Below are positions 47,401-62,957 of a stretch of DNA of 64,000 nt, one piece after another (the stretch's first letter is position 1; each line of letters opens with the position of its first letter). The notes beneath the pieces were generated by a model. The model was not told the DNA's origin. It did not search any database and was given only the letters and a program-made list of their open reading frames with translations. Both the position numbers and the translations under genes were made by a program. The DNA is from Tubiluchus corallicola. Lineage: Eukaryota; Animalia; Priapulida. Location of the stretch: positions 558,001 through 622,000 of the forward strand of contig JAQGDQ010000042.1 of NCBI GenBank assembly GCA_030141605.1, written 5' to 3'.

Positions 47401-50400
47401 CTGAAACAAATGCACAGGAGTCATTTAGCTTATTCAGTTTGAAGCAGTACAATGGGGTTCAAAACGGCAATAACAATTTACTCAGACGGTTTTTACAACA
47501 TTACGCTCGATTAAGTTTTTTAGACAGGCAGTTTCTTTTAACCCGAGTCACACCAAAGAGTTTTGCAAAATTCAATATAATTTACATTGAAACGGTAATG
47601 AAACTTATATAGAAGAGTTATTTAGAAAACTTTCACAGTGAAATTATGTTTCACAGAGAATATAATTATTTGTCAAAACTATCCACACTAAAAAGTTCAC
47701 TTTCACGCTTTATTAATGTACTACTCATGCTGAAAACGTTAATTAGACAATTCGTTTAGTCTTCACTCACTTCAAATAGTTTATTCAGACAATTTGCTCA
47801 AATGCTATTTATAATAAAAGAGTTTATTGAGAAAATTTGTTTGAATGCTTTGGAAACTGAGACAATTTAATCTTGCAGTAATGCAATTTGCTTGAAACTC
47901 GATTATAACAAAACAAGTTTTGACATGGTATTTGACTCCAATTTACTCAATTTATATGTAATGGTACTTCAGACATTTTGCTAAGACCCTCTTCTATGCC
48001 TCAAGCAGTCTATTAGGACAGACAGCCGCTACTAGTGGTAAACCGTTTGAATTAATTTGCATCAACACTGTTTTCTTCACTTAACGTCCTCAAACCATGT
48101 CCACGCCAACGCTGTTTACTCTGATCAACTAATATAAGGTTCAACAAGAAAAGTTTCACGAGAAGTTTTGAATTTGGTTATGCAGCCGATTGCAATAAAA
48201 AACACATTTTCCACCTACGTAATTGTCTGCAAAGCTCACTGAGTCAACAAAATATTCTTTCAGCTGATGAAATTCAGTAAAGAATAACTCAGCAGGAGGG
48301 TGAGCAATTATGCAAAAGTATTACAACATTATTTCATGAGACACGTTGAGGTTATTCGCAAGATTATGTGGATGCTAGTATTGAAAGCAATATTTATTTT
48401 GACTTCAAATTCTGTTTTAAAAACAATTAGTTATCGTATTTAATATTTATATATTAATTAAGTAATTATTAAATCGTACTGTCTGATTTACAATGGAATG
48501 AGCCCGCATTTATTACTTTTTATTTTGAAACCAAGCTTGCCGAGAAGAAGGAAAAGTGAAGTCAAAGCGGAAGTGCTAAGGCTGTTGTCCTTGGCATGAC
48601 TCTTTACTGACTGTTGCAGTCACTCAGCTGACAGATTTGCTTTTCTTTAGGCCTATTTTTCACGTGAGTCTAATCTTCATTTTTATCATCATCTGATTTA
48701 CTTGTTATTGTCATTGCACTCACCATCACCCTGTTATTTCATTCTCCTCGCTTATTTTATTTCCCACCTCCTACTTCGTTCCATTTTGCCTTCTGCTCAA
48801 GCCTGTACAAGTCTATCTTCTTGGCCTATGCCGATATCTCAATATCTGGTGAAACTTTAATTTTTGTTCTGCTTTGTAGTAGTAATATCTTGACTGTACT
48901 ATATGTAACAATGTATTATTCATGGCATTTTGGAATAAACTGAACTGAACTGAATTGAACGGCATGCACTGTATAACACAGCACTGCACTGCACTGCATT
49001 GAGCTGAACTGAACTGAAATAAAAAAGTTAGCTGAAGCTTTTTCGTTCCAATCAAGATAAATTCTAACCAAGACCTTTTAAAGCTCTCAGAGACATTCCT
49101 TCCATACATTCACCCCCTCATGAAAATAAGCATGGTTTAAATCAAAGAAAATGATAGCTTTCTGGAACAAAATGTGTATGTACAGGAATTGCACTAAATG
49201 ATATAATTTTCCACACACATTTTCAAGATATATAATATACATATCTGTGTATGTATATATAGTTCTAATCAAGGCACTAGTGCAGAAAACACTTTATCCT
49301 CACGTTTTATAAATTGCGTGGTGAGTTTACATGTAATTGAGAATCCGTAGAAGCTTCACGAAGTGACCTTGCTTAATCTTATTAATCTTGCTAATTCACC
49401 AGATAGATTTGTTCATTTATATGAATTAACCGTACGTCAAAACAACAAAGTGCTAGAGTCTTAGGTCAACTCTAACAATTTATACACGTTTAACTAGAAC
49501 AGCGTGGTATCTCTTCCATGAACAGCTTCATGGAAAAGGAAATTACGAACTAAACAATATTCTCTAGCTGGAAGCTATCGTATAATATTATTCTTGAGTG
49601 CCAATGAATGTTGAATTCGGAATAAATTTAGTACTAGGCTTCAGAGCCTGTATAAAATGTGTGATTAGTTTTAGTATAAAAATCGGGGGACAGAGATTAG
49701 GAATAAGAGAATTCTAAGCGTTTTGTTGTATTTGTTTCATAATAAAGTATATAAACCTTAAGGTAGCTATATGACCTTTTTCTATGTTTATTATTTTATT
49801 AAAGTTCGGTAAACGTATGCTGGTCATTGCTGGATATTAAGAAACCAGCTGAATTAGATTGTTAAATTAACGGAGCAAATAGTAATTAATCAGCCTCGAT
49901 TCTGCTGGTCTTTTTTCAAACTTCAAATGTGGTTTGTCTTATTTATGTTAAATTCTCTTTATCTAATTACAGTTGTTATGTGATTTAAATGTTTACTTTG
50001 AACTGATTAACAAATGCTATTCAGTTTTTTATGCACGTGTCCGGGTTGAGGCAACGACTGTCTACATTTGAATTTGCAAAAAAGAACAAGTCTTCATTGT
50101 TGTCACATTCGAACTTTTATATCACATTTGAAGTCTTCATGTAACGTTGCGATTATTAGCGTTTGGAATAACGGAATAGCTTACCCGCACAAATAAATGA
50201 ATTTTCACTAACAGCTCAGACTAAAAAACTTTTAAAACTAGATTAAATGCTGTGGATTATAAGTGGATTTTTGCTTTTTGATAGACGCTTCTAAGCAGGT
50301 GATTTAGCCTTTGAGCGTACCACCCCACATCATTAATTTGATGACTTTTTATGTAAACATTTGTTTTTAATTATTGTGTGTGTGATGTGAAATAAATTAA

Positions 50401-51093
50401 ATTAAATTAAAATTAAAGTTCAAAATTTTATAGGAAAAACCCCAGTATCCTTTTTTACACAAGCAGTCTAAACTTTGAAGGCTTAGTATCAGGTGTTCAA
50501 TCACACTGTATTTTTATTCTTTGAAGAAAATATCAGAATTACTTAAATGGTGTTCACTTTTCACGTTATTAGTAGTAATTCCTTGCATAACACCCTGTCT
50601 CACCCACCATTTTTTTCACTTAGCAATGAATTGTTCATTTTAACTACAAATTTTTGGCTCTGATGTTAAAAATGAATTTTGGCTGTTGTTTTCTGCTTTG
50701 CAAAGCAGCCGATACTAAGGTATTGAGCTAACGGAAGTTGTGCTGATAACTCTACGTCGTTGTAGTTTTTTATGCAAACTGAGCTGAACTTAAGAAATCT
50801 AGAAGTTTTGCCATGGTTAACCATAAATTTCTAGCAGAGCGAAAAAAAAACGAATTTTGCAGATAAACAAAACTAGTCAGACACGTAAATCTTGCTTCAG
50901 TGCTGATTATTCGATTGCCTTTGGATTCACTGCATAGCAATCCGACTGGCAAACGCTTATGCGGTATAATTTATTCAGGATACCTCCACTGTTGAGGTGT
51001 CGGAAAGCTGCAGCACTCTGAATATTTCTCAGTAACCATAACTACTTACAGCGGAGGAAATATAAGCCTGCTAGAAATTTAAGCGACATTTTA

Positions 51094-51111
51094 AGAGAGC
51101 AAGAGAGCGAA

Positions 51112-51172
<61 letters not shown>

Positions 51173-51183
51173 AAGAGAGCGAG

Positions 51184-51252
<69 letters not shown>

Positions 51253-51254
51253 GA
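51094..51254. repeat. (GA)n microsatellite
   Basis: About 160 bp of GA repeat with a few interruptions. Confidence 0.95.
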
Positions 51255-52643
51255 GATATGTAATAGGAGCAAAGCATTGGCATTCTTTTTTCCCAAATCA
51301 GTATCAACCCATTATCGGCTGTTGTTAATAAAATTTATTTAATAGTGAGTTTGTGCGGGATTTTCTGGAAAATAAAGCGCGGTTTTTGAACTTAAAAGCA
51401 TTGAGCAAATGTTATTCTGATACGCGTCACTTTTCCTCCTTTAAGAAAAAACACAACGAAGTTTAACTAAAAATCATATGAGAAGCCAGTGTGAGATCGC
51501 GATAAAATAGCGATGTTTAGCTGTATTAATTATTAAAATACGAACAGAGGAGTATCTGATTTCATTACGAGACAAACACGTATGAGCAAACATGTGGCCC
51601 AATGTTTAGAGTTTCTGAAATATTGATAATAGTTCCAGGCAAGATAGCGTAGGCTGCAGGCATTCTGTACTTATAGGGCCTAGTTAGTAGTTATCATCCC
51701 ACTTTAGCAACCCGCAATCACTTCTTTTTCACAAATATTTAATCAGCGTAATTTGAAAAACCAGAGAGAGGGAGGTATAGAGAAAGATGGAAAAAGAGAG
51801 AGTGGAAAAGAGGGGAAAAGACAGAAGAAAAAGGGGAGAAAAAGAGAGGGAGACACAGAGAAAGAGATATAAGGGGAGAGAGAAAAAGGGGAGCCGGGCA
51901 AAGGAAAGAGTTTCATGTCTTTTATTTTTTTAAGTTCGTTAAATAAGTTCAAAATAAGTTGTTGGCTTTCTATAAAATCAATATGGAATTTCATCATTGA
52001 ATCAGTCGGATTTGTTTCCGCACATTTCGTTTATTTTTACTAAGTTAAATCCGACACCCTTTTACGTTGTAGCAAAGAAAATGTTAATCCTATACTGATA
52101 CTAATCGCAAACGAATTTAATATGAGAATTTTTTATGTTAAATACACTTTCATTACACGAATACATCGACTAATACATGCATGCCGGCTGTGTATTAGTA
52201 GGCATGCATTAACAAGGGAACGGAAGTTATCATTATCAGTTGCTAATAAATTAATGGAACACATTTCATGTTACATCCGTTTCCGGAATTCTTAGTCGCG
52301 AGTGGGCCTACCAAATGACCATATCGTGGCAATATTCATTACTGCAATTAATTATGCCAAAGTGTTAATATCGCCTCTAATTCCCACGAATTGAAATCGT
52401 GCAGCAATGAACGAACTCGTCTTGTATTCTTTGCCTTAGATATTGTTATAATAAAACCCTCCTCGTGCTCCACTCACTTATTCTACCAGACAAAACACAT
52501 TGTAAAACCTGCATGCCAGTTTGGCTCATTAATTAGCACGGTATTATTACGGAAAATACTAACATATGCGGAGAGCTCTCCAAATAATTGTCATCTTTAG
52601 CATAAAAAACGTAATGCCCTTTATAGTTTCAATGATATTCTTA

Positions 52644-52683
52644 TTTCAGAAACTTACAGCATAGCGCGCCTCATCAGCTGAAA
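52644..52683 (-). ncRNA. Degenerate inverted copy of the hammerhead motif
   Basis: Minus strand tttcagCTGATGAggcgcgctatgctGTAAgtttctgaaa; GAAA box mutated. Confidence 0.4.
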
Positions 52684-52714
52684 AATTTAGTTTTAACATT
52701 TTATCTGTAATTTT

Positions 52715-52754
52715 TTTCAGCTGATGAAGCACTCTAGAGTGAAAGCTTCTGAAA
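52715..52754 (+). ncRNA. Minimal type I hammerhead ribozyme motif (Penelope-like element pLTR relic)
   Basis: TTTCAG-CTGATGA-agc actc ta gagt-GAAA-GCT-T-CTGAAA: 6-bp stem I, intact core, palindromic AGCT stem III, followed by AATAAA; stem II junction is atypical. Confidence 0.6.
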
Positions 52755-53569
52755 TAAAAAGACATATAAAAATATGTATATGTATATAATGATTGAGACT
52801 ACAAATGGCATTACATTTCTATATTGGTTAGTTAACTCAAATGCCACAATTCCTACACAATTTGATGAGGTAACGCATACTGGCGATGTCATAAACACTT
52901 AGACCCAAAGAAAAGCCATCCTGTCTTAGACCTGAGGTGTGTCTGGCCCGTTGTGTGTATGAAGACCTGATATAGGCCTATTATGTGTGTTATCTTAACA
53001 AGTTTATAGCAACAAGTTTGTAGTTCTTTTCATTGCTTTAGCTATCACATTTTTAAATACCTCATTTACGTGATAATTCATCTTACCCACGTAAAGTGAT
53101 TTGCGCATAATAATAATAATCATAATTGCCTTTACCTCTTCTACCAGAATTAGAAATTCGAATGTGCTACGGATTTTGCGAAGCTGTGACTTTGGCCTCA
53201 CAATTCATTTAAGTTTGTTCTAATTGGATTTTTTATTTTGAAAAGGAACTTTAAAAAGCCACTTTTTTGGCTTCAATTGAAGTCGCGGCATCTCTTTTAA
53301 TAACATACAAGAACAAGACACGTACAATGCGCATATTCTTTTGTTCGCATGTTGTTGAGAGCTTCAGTTCACAACGAAACACAATTTAAGTAACATTTTG
53401 AATTCTGCGAAGCAATTAGATCTAATTAGTTTCTTGTTCTAAAACGTCAAAAGTAATGTGAAATCTGTCATTCTGCTATTGCTAATTAAGGTTGTCACTG
53501 GATATCATTGTACATAATGCACGTCTAAGCGACAGGAAGTCTGTCAGTTTGCTGCTCTCAGATTTAAGA

Positions 53570-53830
53570 GTGTGCTAATCTTAGTGGATTAAGATTAAGA
53601 CAAAGGGAGAAGATTAAGATGGACAGGACATGTCATACGATTACCAGATGACAGCCCATTAAAATTAGCTTTCAAAGAAGTACTGCAGAAAGGAAAGAAA
53701 TCGCGAGGAGAACAACTGCTGATTATATCAGTTTAATCCAAAAAGATCTTATCAACAGACCATTAGATATCAAAAGTACTCTGACACGGGAAGTTGCGGG
53801 CGACAGGGCAGCGTGGTTTAAAGTGGTCAT
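53570..53830 (+). mobile_element. RTE-like LINE 3' fragment
   Basis: RRLRWTGHVIRLPDDSPLKLAFKEVLQKGKKSRG motif, typical of the RTE-type ORF C-terminus. Confidence 0.7.
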
Positions 53831-54779
53831 GTCAGAGGACATGTGACTCCAGAAATGGTAATCTTAGTGGCCATAATGTAGAACAAGTTATTAGTGGGAA
53901 TTTTAAGCTTGGAATTAATTTCTTCTCAAATGCATGTTTCATTGCATTTTGTACATTAAGCATGATTTCTGACATTTGGCTACTGAATAAATCAAAACAA
54001 ACGAAGGTAAGTTTAACCAGCCGGTTCTTTGATACCTTTGGAAGTATTTAAATAATACCTGAACGGAGAACTGAAAATCGCTGACCTTGAAGAAGCCACT
54101 CGAGTGCTGCGTACCAAGTTTCTTTACTCCTTCGAAAGATTTAGGATCTCCGTTCAAAAATGCTTCTGTTTACTTTGCGAAGTTAAAGGAAAAGCGAACC
54201 CGATCTTACATTATAACTCAAAACAATCTACACTATAAAATACTAAAAGGGGACTAACTATTTTTTTCAAGAATGACTTACGCGAAAGAATTATTACCAC
54301 AAAAACACAATCTCGCGTTCGCTTCATTGTTACATGTATTCTCCATTTGCTAGTTAGATGGACACTAGCGCCTAGATCTTGGAAACGTGCTGTACAAAAA
54401 CAGGTTTTTGTACCTCTCCGCTTAGAGGTGTTCGCTTGTGACGTAGTACACACGTTCGAGTGCTTATGCGTGATCACAGCGGCAAACTTGAAATCTGAAT
54501 TTTGAACTTAAAATTTGCCTTGTTTTTGTATATCACACTAGTAATTACACAGTAGCACTGTACTTCAATTTCCGCTTTCTCAAGTACGTGCAACACGTTC
54601 GTGGAATGTTTGTGCTGTTGAAAATTGTGTTAGTTTGTGATGTCATCACTAGCTGGACTCAGTCGCTGTTAATTAAGTTCTTAAAATTTAACCTACTATA
54701 TAATTATCAGAAACGCATTGGCATTATAATTTGTTATAGGTGTTAAAATGTATACTTATTGTGATAATCATAATGAGTA

Positions 54780-54975
54780 AGCATTGCTAATGATACAAGA
54801 ACAGTGAAATACTCGTTGTCTCAGCTGCGTTTAGAATTGTTACATCCGTCCTGTGTGAGATAAAAAAACACAAACTGAATGGTGAGTGAAACTGCTGGAG
54901 CAGGTATTGAACCCAGGCAGTTACGAGCTATTCAAGGAAAGCATGTACGCGTATCCCTTGGCCATGAAACGCCCC
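54780..54975 (-). mobile_element. tRNA-derived SINE
   Basis: Minus strand begins ggggcgtttcaTGGCCAAGGG (A box), GGTTCAATACC (B box) ~40 nt later, then a non-tRNA body; no acceptor-stem closure. Confidence 0.55.
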
Positions 54976-56999
54976 TATAAACCTTTCCACTCTGTTGTAA
55001 TTGTAAAAGTAGCAAGATTTTTTTCGCTGATTTCAACACCTACTGTGAAATTGATATAGATAATCTAAGAAAGAACAATCAAAAGATTATAAATTTATTA
55101 CCATTATAAAGAATGCTGCTAAAATGGCTTGCAAGTTCCCAAATACTAGTACAGTGTAAAGTGTTTTCAGATTTTCAGTCTGTAGAAGCTAAGTGACGAA
55201 GTTTATAGGCTTGGTGACTCAAGAAATAACGAATATAATCTACTTCACTGCAGGATTGATGTAGCCGGACTATTTTGTCAGATTACACGGTATTGTATTG
55301 GACTATACCATGAAATCACACCTATCTCTAGCGAAGTTAAAATTAAAAAAGAAAATCATAGACAAATACAAACAAACTAAATAAATTAACTTTTAAAATA
55401 GTTCAGTATATTCCTTAAGCTATAATTTACAGCATAGTTAATGTTCTAACTATAACATTATTGCAGTGTCAAACCACTAACAGTTCATTTAAATAATTAT
55501 ACAACGTTGCTGGTGTAACATAATAATTTTGTAGTCAGCCAAATTTCTATAATTGTTGGCCTATGTTTATCTGTATTCCACCTTTCAATTTCCACTTCAA
55601 GCTACGCTTCAAGGGGATTTGTGACACAACGTATTATTGGAACTTTCTTCAAATTATTTACTGTTAAATTGTAATTAGATAATTACCAGGGTACTAAATT
55701 TTATTTTAATATCGACTCTGTTATATGTTGTGTTATGAGGAATAAACAAATCTTTAATATATATATTTCAACTTTGTAGCACAGTCGCTGCTAATATTAT
55801 ATTAATATTAATTAACTCTGCTTGGTGAAAACAGAAATCCTATAATTTATTCTGTTTCCTCTAATAATCGTCACTCTACAGCACCCGATGTAAAAACAAC
55901 AACATATAAAGACATTACTAAAATATTCCTATAGAAAAATCAACGATGAAAAACAAATAGCTCAGTAAATTTAAAAGACATTTATCTATTCACACATTGG
56001 CATTAATAAGTTAGACTATGTAATAGACCGTATCATTAAAGTAGCAGTACATACCATTGTTCTGTAGAAAAATAAACCACTTTGTGAAATTTGGCTGGCC
56101 GCAGAAGTAAAGTTCGTCTGTTCGTAAGATGATCGTTAGTTGTGTTTAGTGCGTATAAGGGGAATTTACCTGTGGTGCGCCATGATTTAAAGCAAATCCA
56201 AGCATATATCGTGGGCAAGCACGCGCCTTAATCAACGCATGCGCAGCTGTTTTTGCACGCCTCTGCATGTATGCCAAATTAATAGCTTACCCACACGACC
56301 AGTTTAATTTATGAATTTCGCAACATTATAGTGAAAGCGTCAGAGTATCTGCCTACCACTCACTTAATCTCACTACCAGTACCCTAATATTATGCGAAAT
56401 TCAACAATGCTCGGTCATCTCTACATTATGTAAGCATGCCATAATTATTTCGAAAAAAAGCTATAGTGAAAATACTTAAAAACAGAAATAAAACAAAATG
56501 CCCATAAAAATTTAACGTAGAAAAATGCTTACTGTATTTAAAAATTAAGGTTCTCAAACTTCAATTGGTATTGATCAATTATGCCACTGCGTACCATTCA
56601 GTTTAAACCAAACCTTTAACTTTTGTTTACACCTCATGAGGTGCTGCACCGCTGGTGCTGCTTTCAAAAAACGTTAAATTTAAACTTGTGGAAGCATAGA
56701 TGAGCTAGTTGGTTAGTTTGCAAAAAAGACTACGGAGCATTCCAGGCTGAAGTGTGCAGAATGGGGCCACAATTTCCAAAAAACATTTACGCATGAAAGA
56801 TTTCTGGGCCCTCAGGTCCTCAACCCCAGGTGCTATAATTTTTTGTTTAATGGACCAAAAGTTCTCACACTTTTGCTTGTGAAAGAAAATTGATCGAGAA
56901 AAAGTAGGATATCTGATTAACATTGTCGTGATTAGAATGTCTAAATTCTGATGTTATACAGCTTATGTTTAACCATCGGCTGTCCATCTTTCTTTGAGT

Positions 57000-57540
57000 G
57001 CTTCAGTAATATTGGAAGTAACTTTCATCGACTATAGTCAATTTGCAGAATGATAATCGTAGTCAAATCGGGTTTGATTTAGAGCCACCCGGTGATATCC
57101 TGCCTGTGGAAAATGTACTACTGGTCAGATGCTTTGATTACTTGTGTCAGCAAAGGCAATCATCACAAAGAATTTTTGAAGTTAGAACAAGAAAAACTTG
57201 TTGACTCAGTTCGAACGAGTGATTCGTCAAAACGTGTCACTTACACAAAGTTTAATCCCACGGTGGATCCCGCCATTATACCTAGGTATACTTTTGTATC
57301 TGATCTCATCACTTTTACGCGTATGGGCGAGAGAGCCAAAATAAAGTAGATTACGTAGATGTGGGAGTATACAAACAGAGAAACATGTTTCATGTACTTG
57401 TCCTTTAACTATGCATATAAGAACAAGTTATACTAATGTTGATTTTAGAACTGCGGCATCTGTAATACAATTATAAAAGACAGGAACGCATGTAAAATTT
57501 GTTTTCATGTTTTAAACACATACGCTTAAAGACAATTCTT
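57000..57540 (+). mobile_element. Decayed LINE 3' fragment
   Basis: SKRVTYTKFNP...FTR...R.CGSIQTEKHVSCTCPL zinc-knuckle-like C-terminus across frameshifts. Confidence 0.5.
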
Positions 57541-57583
57541 TATTTTGATTATAGTTGAGACTTCACGTTGAATCCGTTTGCTC

Positions 57584-57614
<31 letters not shown>

Positions 57615-57939
57615 AGCATGCATTGTATTTTTTCTATATAGTTCTTATTTTATCGTACTAATTCATTAAAACTTTGTTTTCTGTTGGTAGACATGCGTAC
57701 ACTTTCAATGTTTAGTTTTGATACCTAATTTCTGTGAAGGTTGAATTTATTTGGACTTTTGGCAATAAATTACTACTACTAAGTATTTTGCCTAACAGAA
57801 CTGTGTTTGTTTGAATTTTATTATGTCCTAACACATTCATTTTCTTCTTTACTTTTATTTATATTTACTAATGTAAATTCTGTATTATATGTATAAATGT
57901 AATAGTTCTATGGCATGAAATTAAATTAAATTGATATTA

Positions 57940-58488
<549 letters not shown>

Positions 58489-59227
58489 TTTTATCGTTAC
58501 TTTTATAGTACACCTTGAAAAAATCGCGCATTTTCCTAAATCCAAACAGTTTACTTGAAGCACTCTTGCTTCTCATATTTTTACTCTGGACAACCCCTAT
58601 ATTTAAATTTTGCCTCTGGGCCTCTTATATTTGAGGAATTCTCTACTTTAAAATAGTTTCCCTGCAAATGACGATACTAAGTTGTAACCTTACTTACTTC
58701 AGTGAGAAGATCAACAGGTGTACCTTTGTCGATTTACGAATACATTTTAGCCTGCCAACTGTAACCCATTGCCTTTACTTGCTCTGGCTTTATTTGAGGC
58801 GGACCTGTGTAACAATAACTGCTTGTAATAAATGTAACACTTTTGAAATTATCTAATTTTTGTTGCTGAACATGAAAAATTTTTCGTTTTTCGTTTCAAC
58901 ATTCTTCTCAGTCTATAATGGCATTTTAGGTTGTCCTACTGTCTGCACATTATACGCTCTGTGCGTTACACCTGATTTGTCTCAGCATGTGTCGTGTAAA
59001 ATTAACCCCAGGTGATTTCATATTTGCGCTTCTGTGATTTAAGGCTGTCGTTATGTCTGCAAATTACAACAGGAAAGCTGCTTAGAGCAAAACCATGGGC
59101 GTTTCTCATTTATCTCGAGGTTAGTTGAATGTGGCATAATGAGTAATAATTGTTTTAATATTCAGTAATAAACGTTGCTTCATAAAATCATAATAGCCTA
59201 TAATCACAATAATGATACACTTACACT

Positions 59228-59404
<177 letters not shown>

Positions 59405-61099
59405 TTTGTTTAGTGCTGTGTGCTATGTTGTTGTTACTGAGACGTGATACTTGACGAGTTAACATTTTTATATGCAGTTGTTTATTGCATGTTAAAGTTT
59501 TAACGTTTAACGTTTGCTTGACCTAATAATTGGTCGCATAGTTGTTATGTTGTTATAATTTGTACTTTTCTGCCGCTTTTGTCATCTTTAGTCAAATACC
59601 AAACCAATGAACAAAAATAAGTTGTTAAAATTTATTGACTTCAACCCTGCTCATCACGCTGACAGCAAAAACGATAAATAACGTGGTAAATTTTCATACC
59701 CTTCTGTCATTTATGGGTGAAATTGTGTCTGCCGGATACATTCCTGATTTTGCAAGTATTTTTATGTAACTTCTATTCACTCAGTTATTTGCTGTTACCT
59801 TAGACTTTGATGCGTAGACTCATGTACGTCCTAAACCTGGAGCTCTGTACTACCTACCACCTTATTGGCTAACTAATAATTACAGAAGCAGTAACAGATT
59901 ACAGGCTTTTTCATTTCGCATTTGCAATGCATGCACACATGATGTCCAGACTTTCTGTCAGTGTAACTGGTGATATTAGCTAGTCGATGATTATGGCATT
60001 ACATACAAGGTAACTTTGTGATACGATACACCACAAAACAAGTAGAATCAATGATAAAGGTAAATATTATGCAGTTCAAATAGTAATGCACAGTAAACAA
60101 TCACTTTTGTGATGAAAAGTTGTCAATTAAGATATACAGCTGCATCCACGTGTCAGCTACTTATTCATGCGCGGGGCAACCTATAATGGACTTGTTATCT
60201 GATACGTCTTCGTTGTTAATTATTGTTGTTGACTAATGAATAGCAAATTTCTTAATTATTATTAAGACAAGCATTAAAATATTTTAAAATGTTATGCTTA
60301 AAGGTCTAGAAGTTCTTGGGAATCAAGGGCATGGATGAATTTTAACTGGGCAATAGAACAGTAACCTGGAGAATAACTGTAAAACACCTAATATTCTAGT
60401 AAATAGCTGCTTTCCAATAATTTAATATTGAACATTGACAGGTTTTCGACACGAACCTGCGATACTAATAGGAATAATTTTTTTATAATATTACGGACTA
60501 AATAAATATTTTGCTGTAATGATTACAATAATTACTGCGAATGCACGTTGTATTTTGATTTGTAGACTGTCCGCAAAGAATGTGTTTTTGCAGAAAATGT
60601 AATCACAATTCACTGTAAGAATTGTTAAAATATGATTAAAGTAAAATTTTTAGTTGTCTAAAATTTTTTAAGTGATCACTTAGAATTCGATATTTTCAAC
60701 TACAAAAACTTTAAATCGTGCACGTGTACTAAAACTGAGGTTCATTTGTTCCAAATTTAGAAAAGCCCACGGGTAGTATTTTTTCTGACGATAGACCTAG
60801 TGCACTACGGAACATGGCATATTTTGAAAACATCAGACGCCTATGTCGAAAATAATATTAGCGGCAATAAGCTTTTATCTTAATAGCATTGACAATTGGG
60901 TGATCGGTAATAAAGTGAAAGGAAAAGAGTTACAGAAAAGGTCACAATTTTAGCCAAGAAAAAAGCCGCAGCAAAAAGTCACAGTTCTTAATTTTTTCAA
61001 TAGAGTTGGGGTTAAAATTTTTCCCCTTTTCCTGTGCCGTCTTTATGTAACTTTTTCTTTGTGGTTTTTTGCCTGATTTTTTATCTGGAACCCAAAATT

Positions 61100-61850
61100 A
61101 AATTGAAACTCCATTAGCAAAAGTTTTGATTGCGTTACTTTCTATTCAGCTGCTGTTTAGAAAAATATAATCTTAAAGTCAACAATACAAGTACAGAAGA
61201 ATGCCATATTCCAAGAGGCGGTAATGATTCGTGGAAGAGATGTAAAATAACTTAATTGGCAGCTTTCTGTTAGCGGACATACAAAGAAGCGTGAATTGTC
61301 TGCTTATAATATATTCAAATCTCCCAACGGTTTTTGAAAACAATAGACTTTCTATTGATCCAAAGTTCGAATCCTTTCGACTTTGGCTAAATATGTGTTT
61401 CTGTACAATGCTGAGCTATGCACAATAAAAGTTTAGCAGCAGAAGGAATTTTACACTGTTCAAAGACGTCTCTATAAGAAATTTCACACAATTAAATGGC
61501 CTGACAGTACATCCAACGATGATTTGCATAATGTGGTAAAGAAGAATCCTTGGACTAAACAAATACAAGTAAGAAGATTGCATTTGCATTGGATTGGGCA
61601 TGCCTTAAAATTACGGTTGCCTCTAGAGTCTCCTCCTCCTACAGCATTACGTAAAGCTCTTGAAACAACAAAAAAGCTGAGAAGAGGTCAGCTACTGACA
61701 TGTTTAGATAAACTGCAAAACGATTTAGCAAATACAACTCTAGATTGAGGGATGATGCACCATGCGCAATGGCAGCGGACAGGAATGCGTGACCTCAACA
61801 GGCGGGATGTGTCATGTTTTCCGAACGTAGCAGCACCGACACGACGACGA
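61100..61850 (+). mobile_element. RTE-like LINE 3' fragment
   Basis: WKRCK.LGSFL, KVRILSTLAKYVFLYNAEL, and ORF 61524-61748 PWTKQIQVRRLHLHWIGHALKLRLPLESP..KKLRRGQLLTCLDKLQNDL. Confidence 0.75.
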
Positions 61851-62957
61851 CTTTCTATTCAGCACGGTGTAGGCGTAGAAAAATACCTCCTTCCACCGAA
61901 CTACCGTCTGATTCTTTCTAATAAGAATGGCTAAAACAGTAATACGAAGTTGAGTTGAGTTGAAACGGCTTTGTACCAGAATCAAGATTGGAATTTTGTT
62001 TGTTTTCATTATTTCAGTGTCTAAAAGTTTACGTTTACATTTTTTGTAATTTTCACCAATTATAATCGTACGCCGTATACTTGTGTACGTAAAATTTCAT
62101 TTTAAAAATATACACTGCTATCCACTATACCTAGATTTTCTTGATTGCATTGTATTTCATTTCTATTGTAATTTTTGTTTTTGCAACTCGTGACGATTTG
62201 TCAGACCGGTAAAGTAATCGATTTTCCTGTATTCTTTTTTGTTCTATAGGCTATCGCTGAGAAACAATATAAAAGGTCTTAGACTATATATGTGGATGTT
62301 GAAAGTAAATGAAGAGTTCTACGTGACATGATAATTATCTCTCATGATTACTGCAACTATTGTTATATGATTTTTTTTATAAAATGTAAGGTGGGGACTG
62401 TGCAAGAGAGGGTACTTCTGAGCGAGCTTCTGCTTTCCTGGACAACTCTGGCAAGAGGCTGTTGTTTTAAGAAATTAGAGACCCCTGCCACGGAAGGCCT
62501 GGTAATATTGAGTTATAAAATGTTGAAAAGGAGTACATGCATAAAATGGATTCCTGGTGTATGTAAACTTTTATACGGTGTGCTGAGCAGTGACATAGGT
62601 TATTTAACTAAACATTTTGATTACCTCCAAGTAAATGACTCAGACTGCTATAGAAGCAGTTGCTGAGCTCCCAGAAGTGCTAAGGAGTATGCTAAAAAAA
62701 TTGCAAAACAATTAAATGCAGAAAATTATGTACAAAGGTGCTGTGGAATGAAATAAACAGTAAACAAAATAAGAATGATTGCTTGCTTATTCGGCTGAAC
62801 AAACAATATTATATAATTTAAAGAAACATCTAATAAATGTGCTAAGCAGTAACCCTACTTTTACAGGAACAATACCTTTGTTATGCAGAATTAGAGACTA
62901 TTTATAATTTGGACATCTTAATTTTATCAAAAATAAAGTGTTTTCCTCCACAGCAAA

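Noticed and set aside
51042-51307. SL-repeat ORFs (and the VC-repeat ORF at 19384-19653)
   Set aside because: (GA)n and (TG)n microsatellites.
54890-54975. tRNA gene
   Set aside because: A and B boxes present but no cloverleaf; better explained as a SINE head.
62328-62666. 112-aa ORF
   Set aside because: No recognisable family; may be transposon debris but unsupported.
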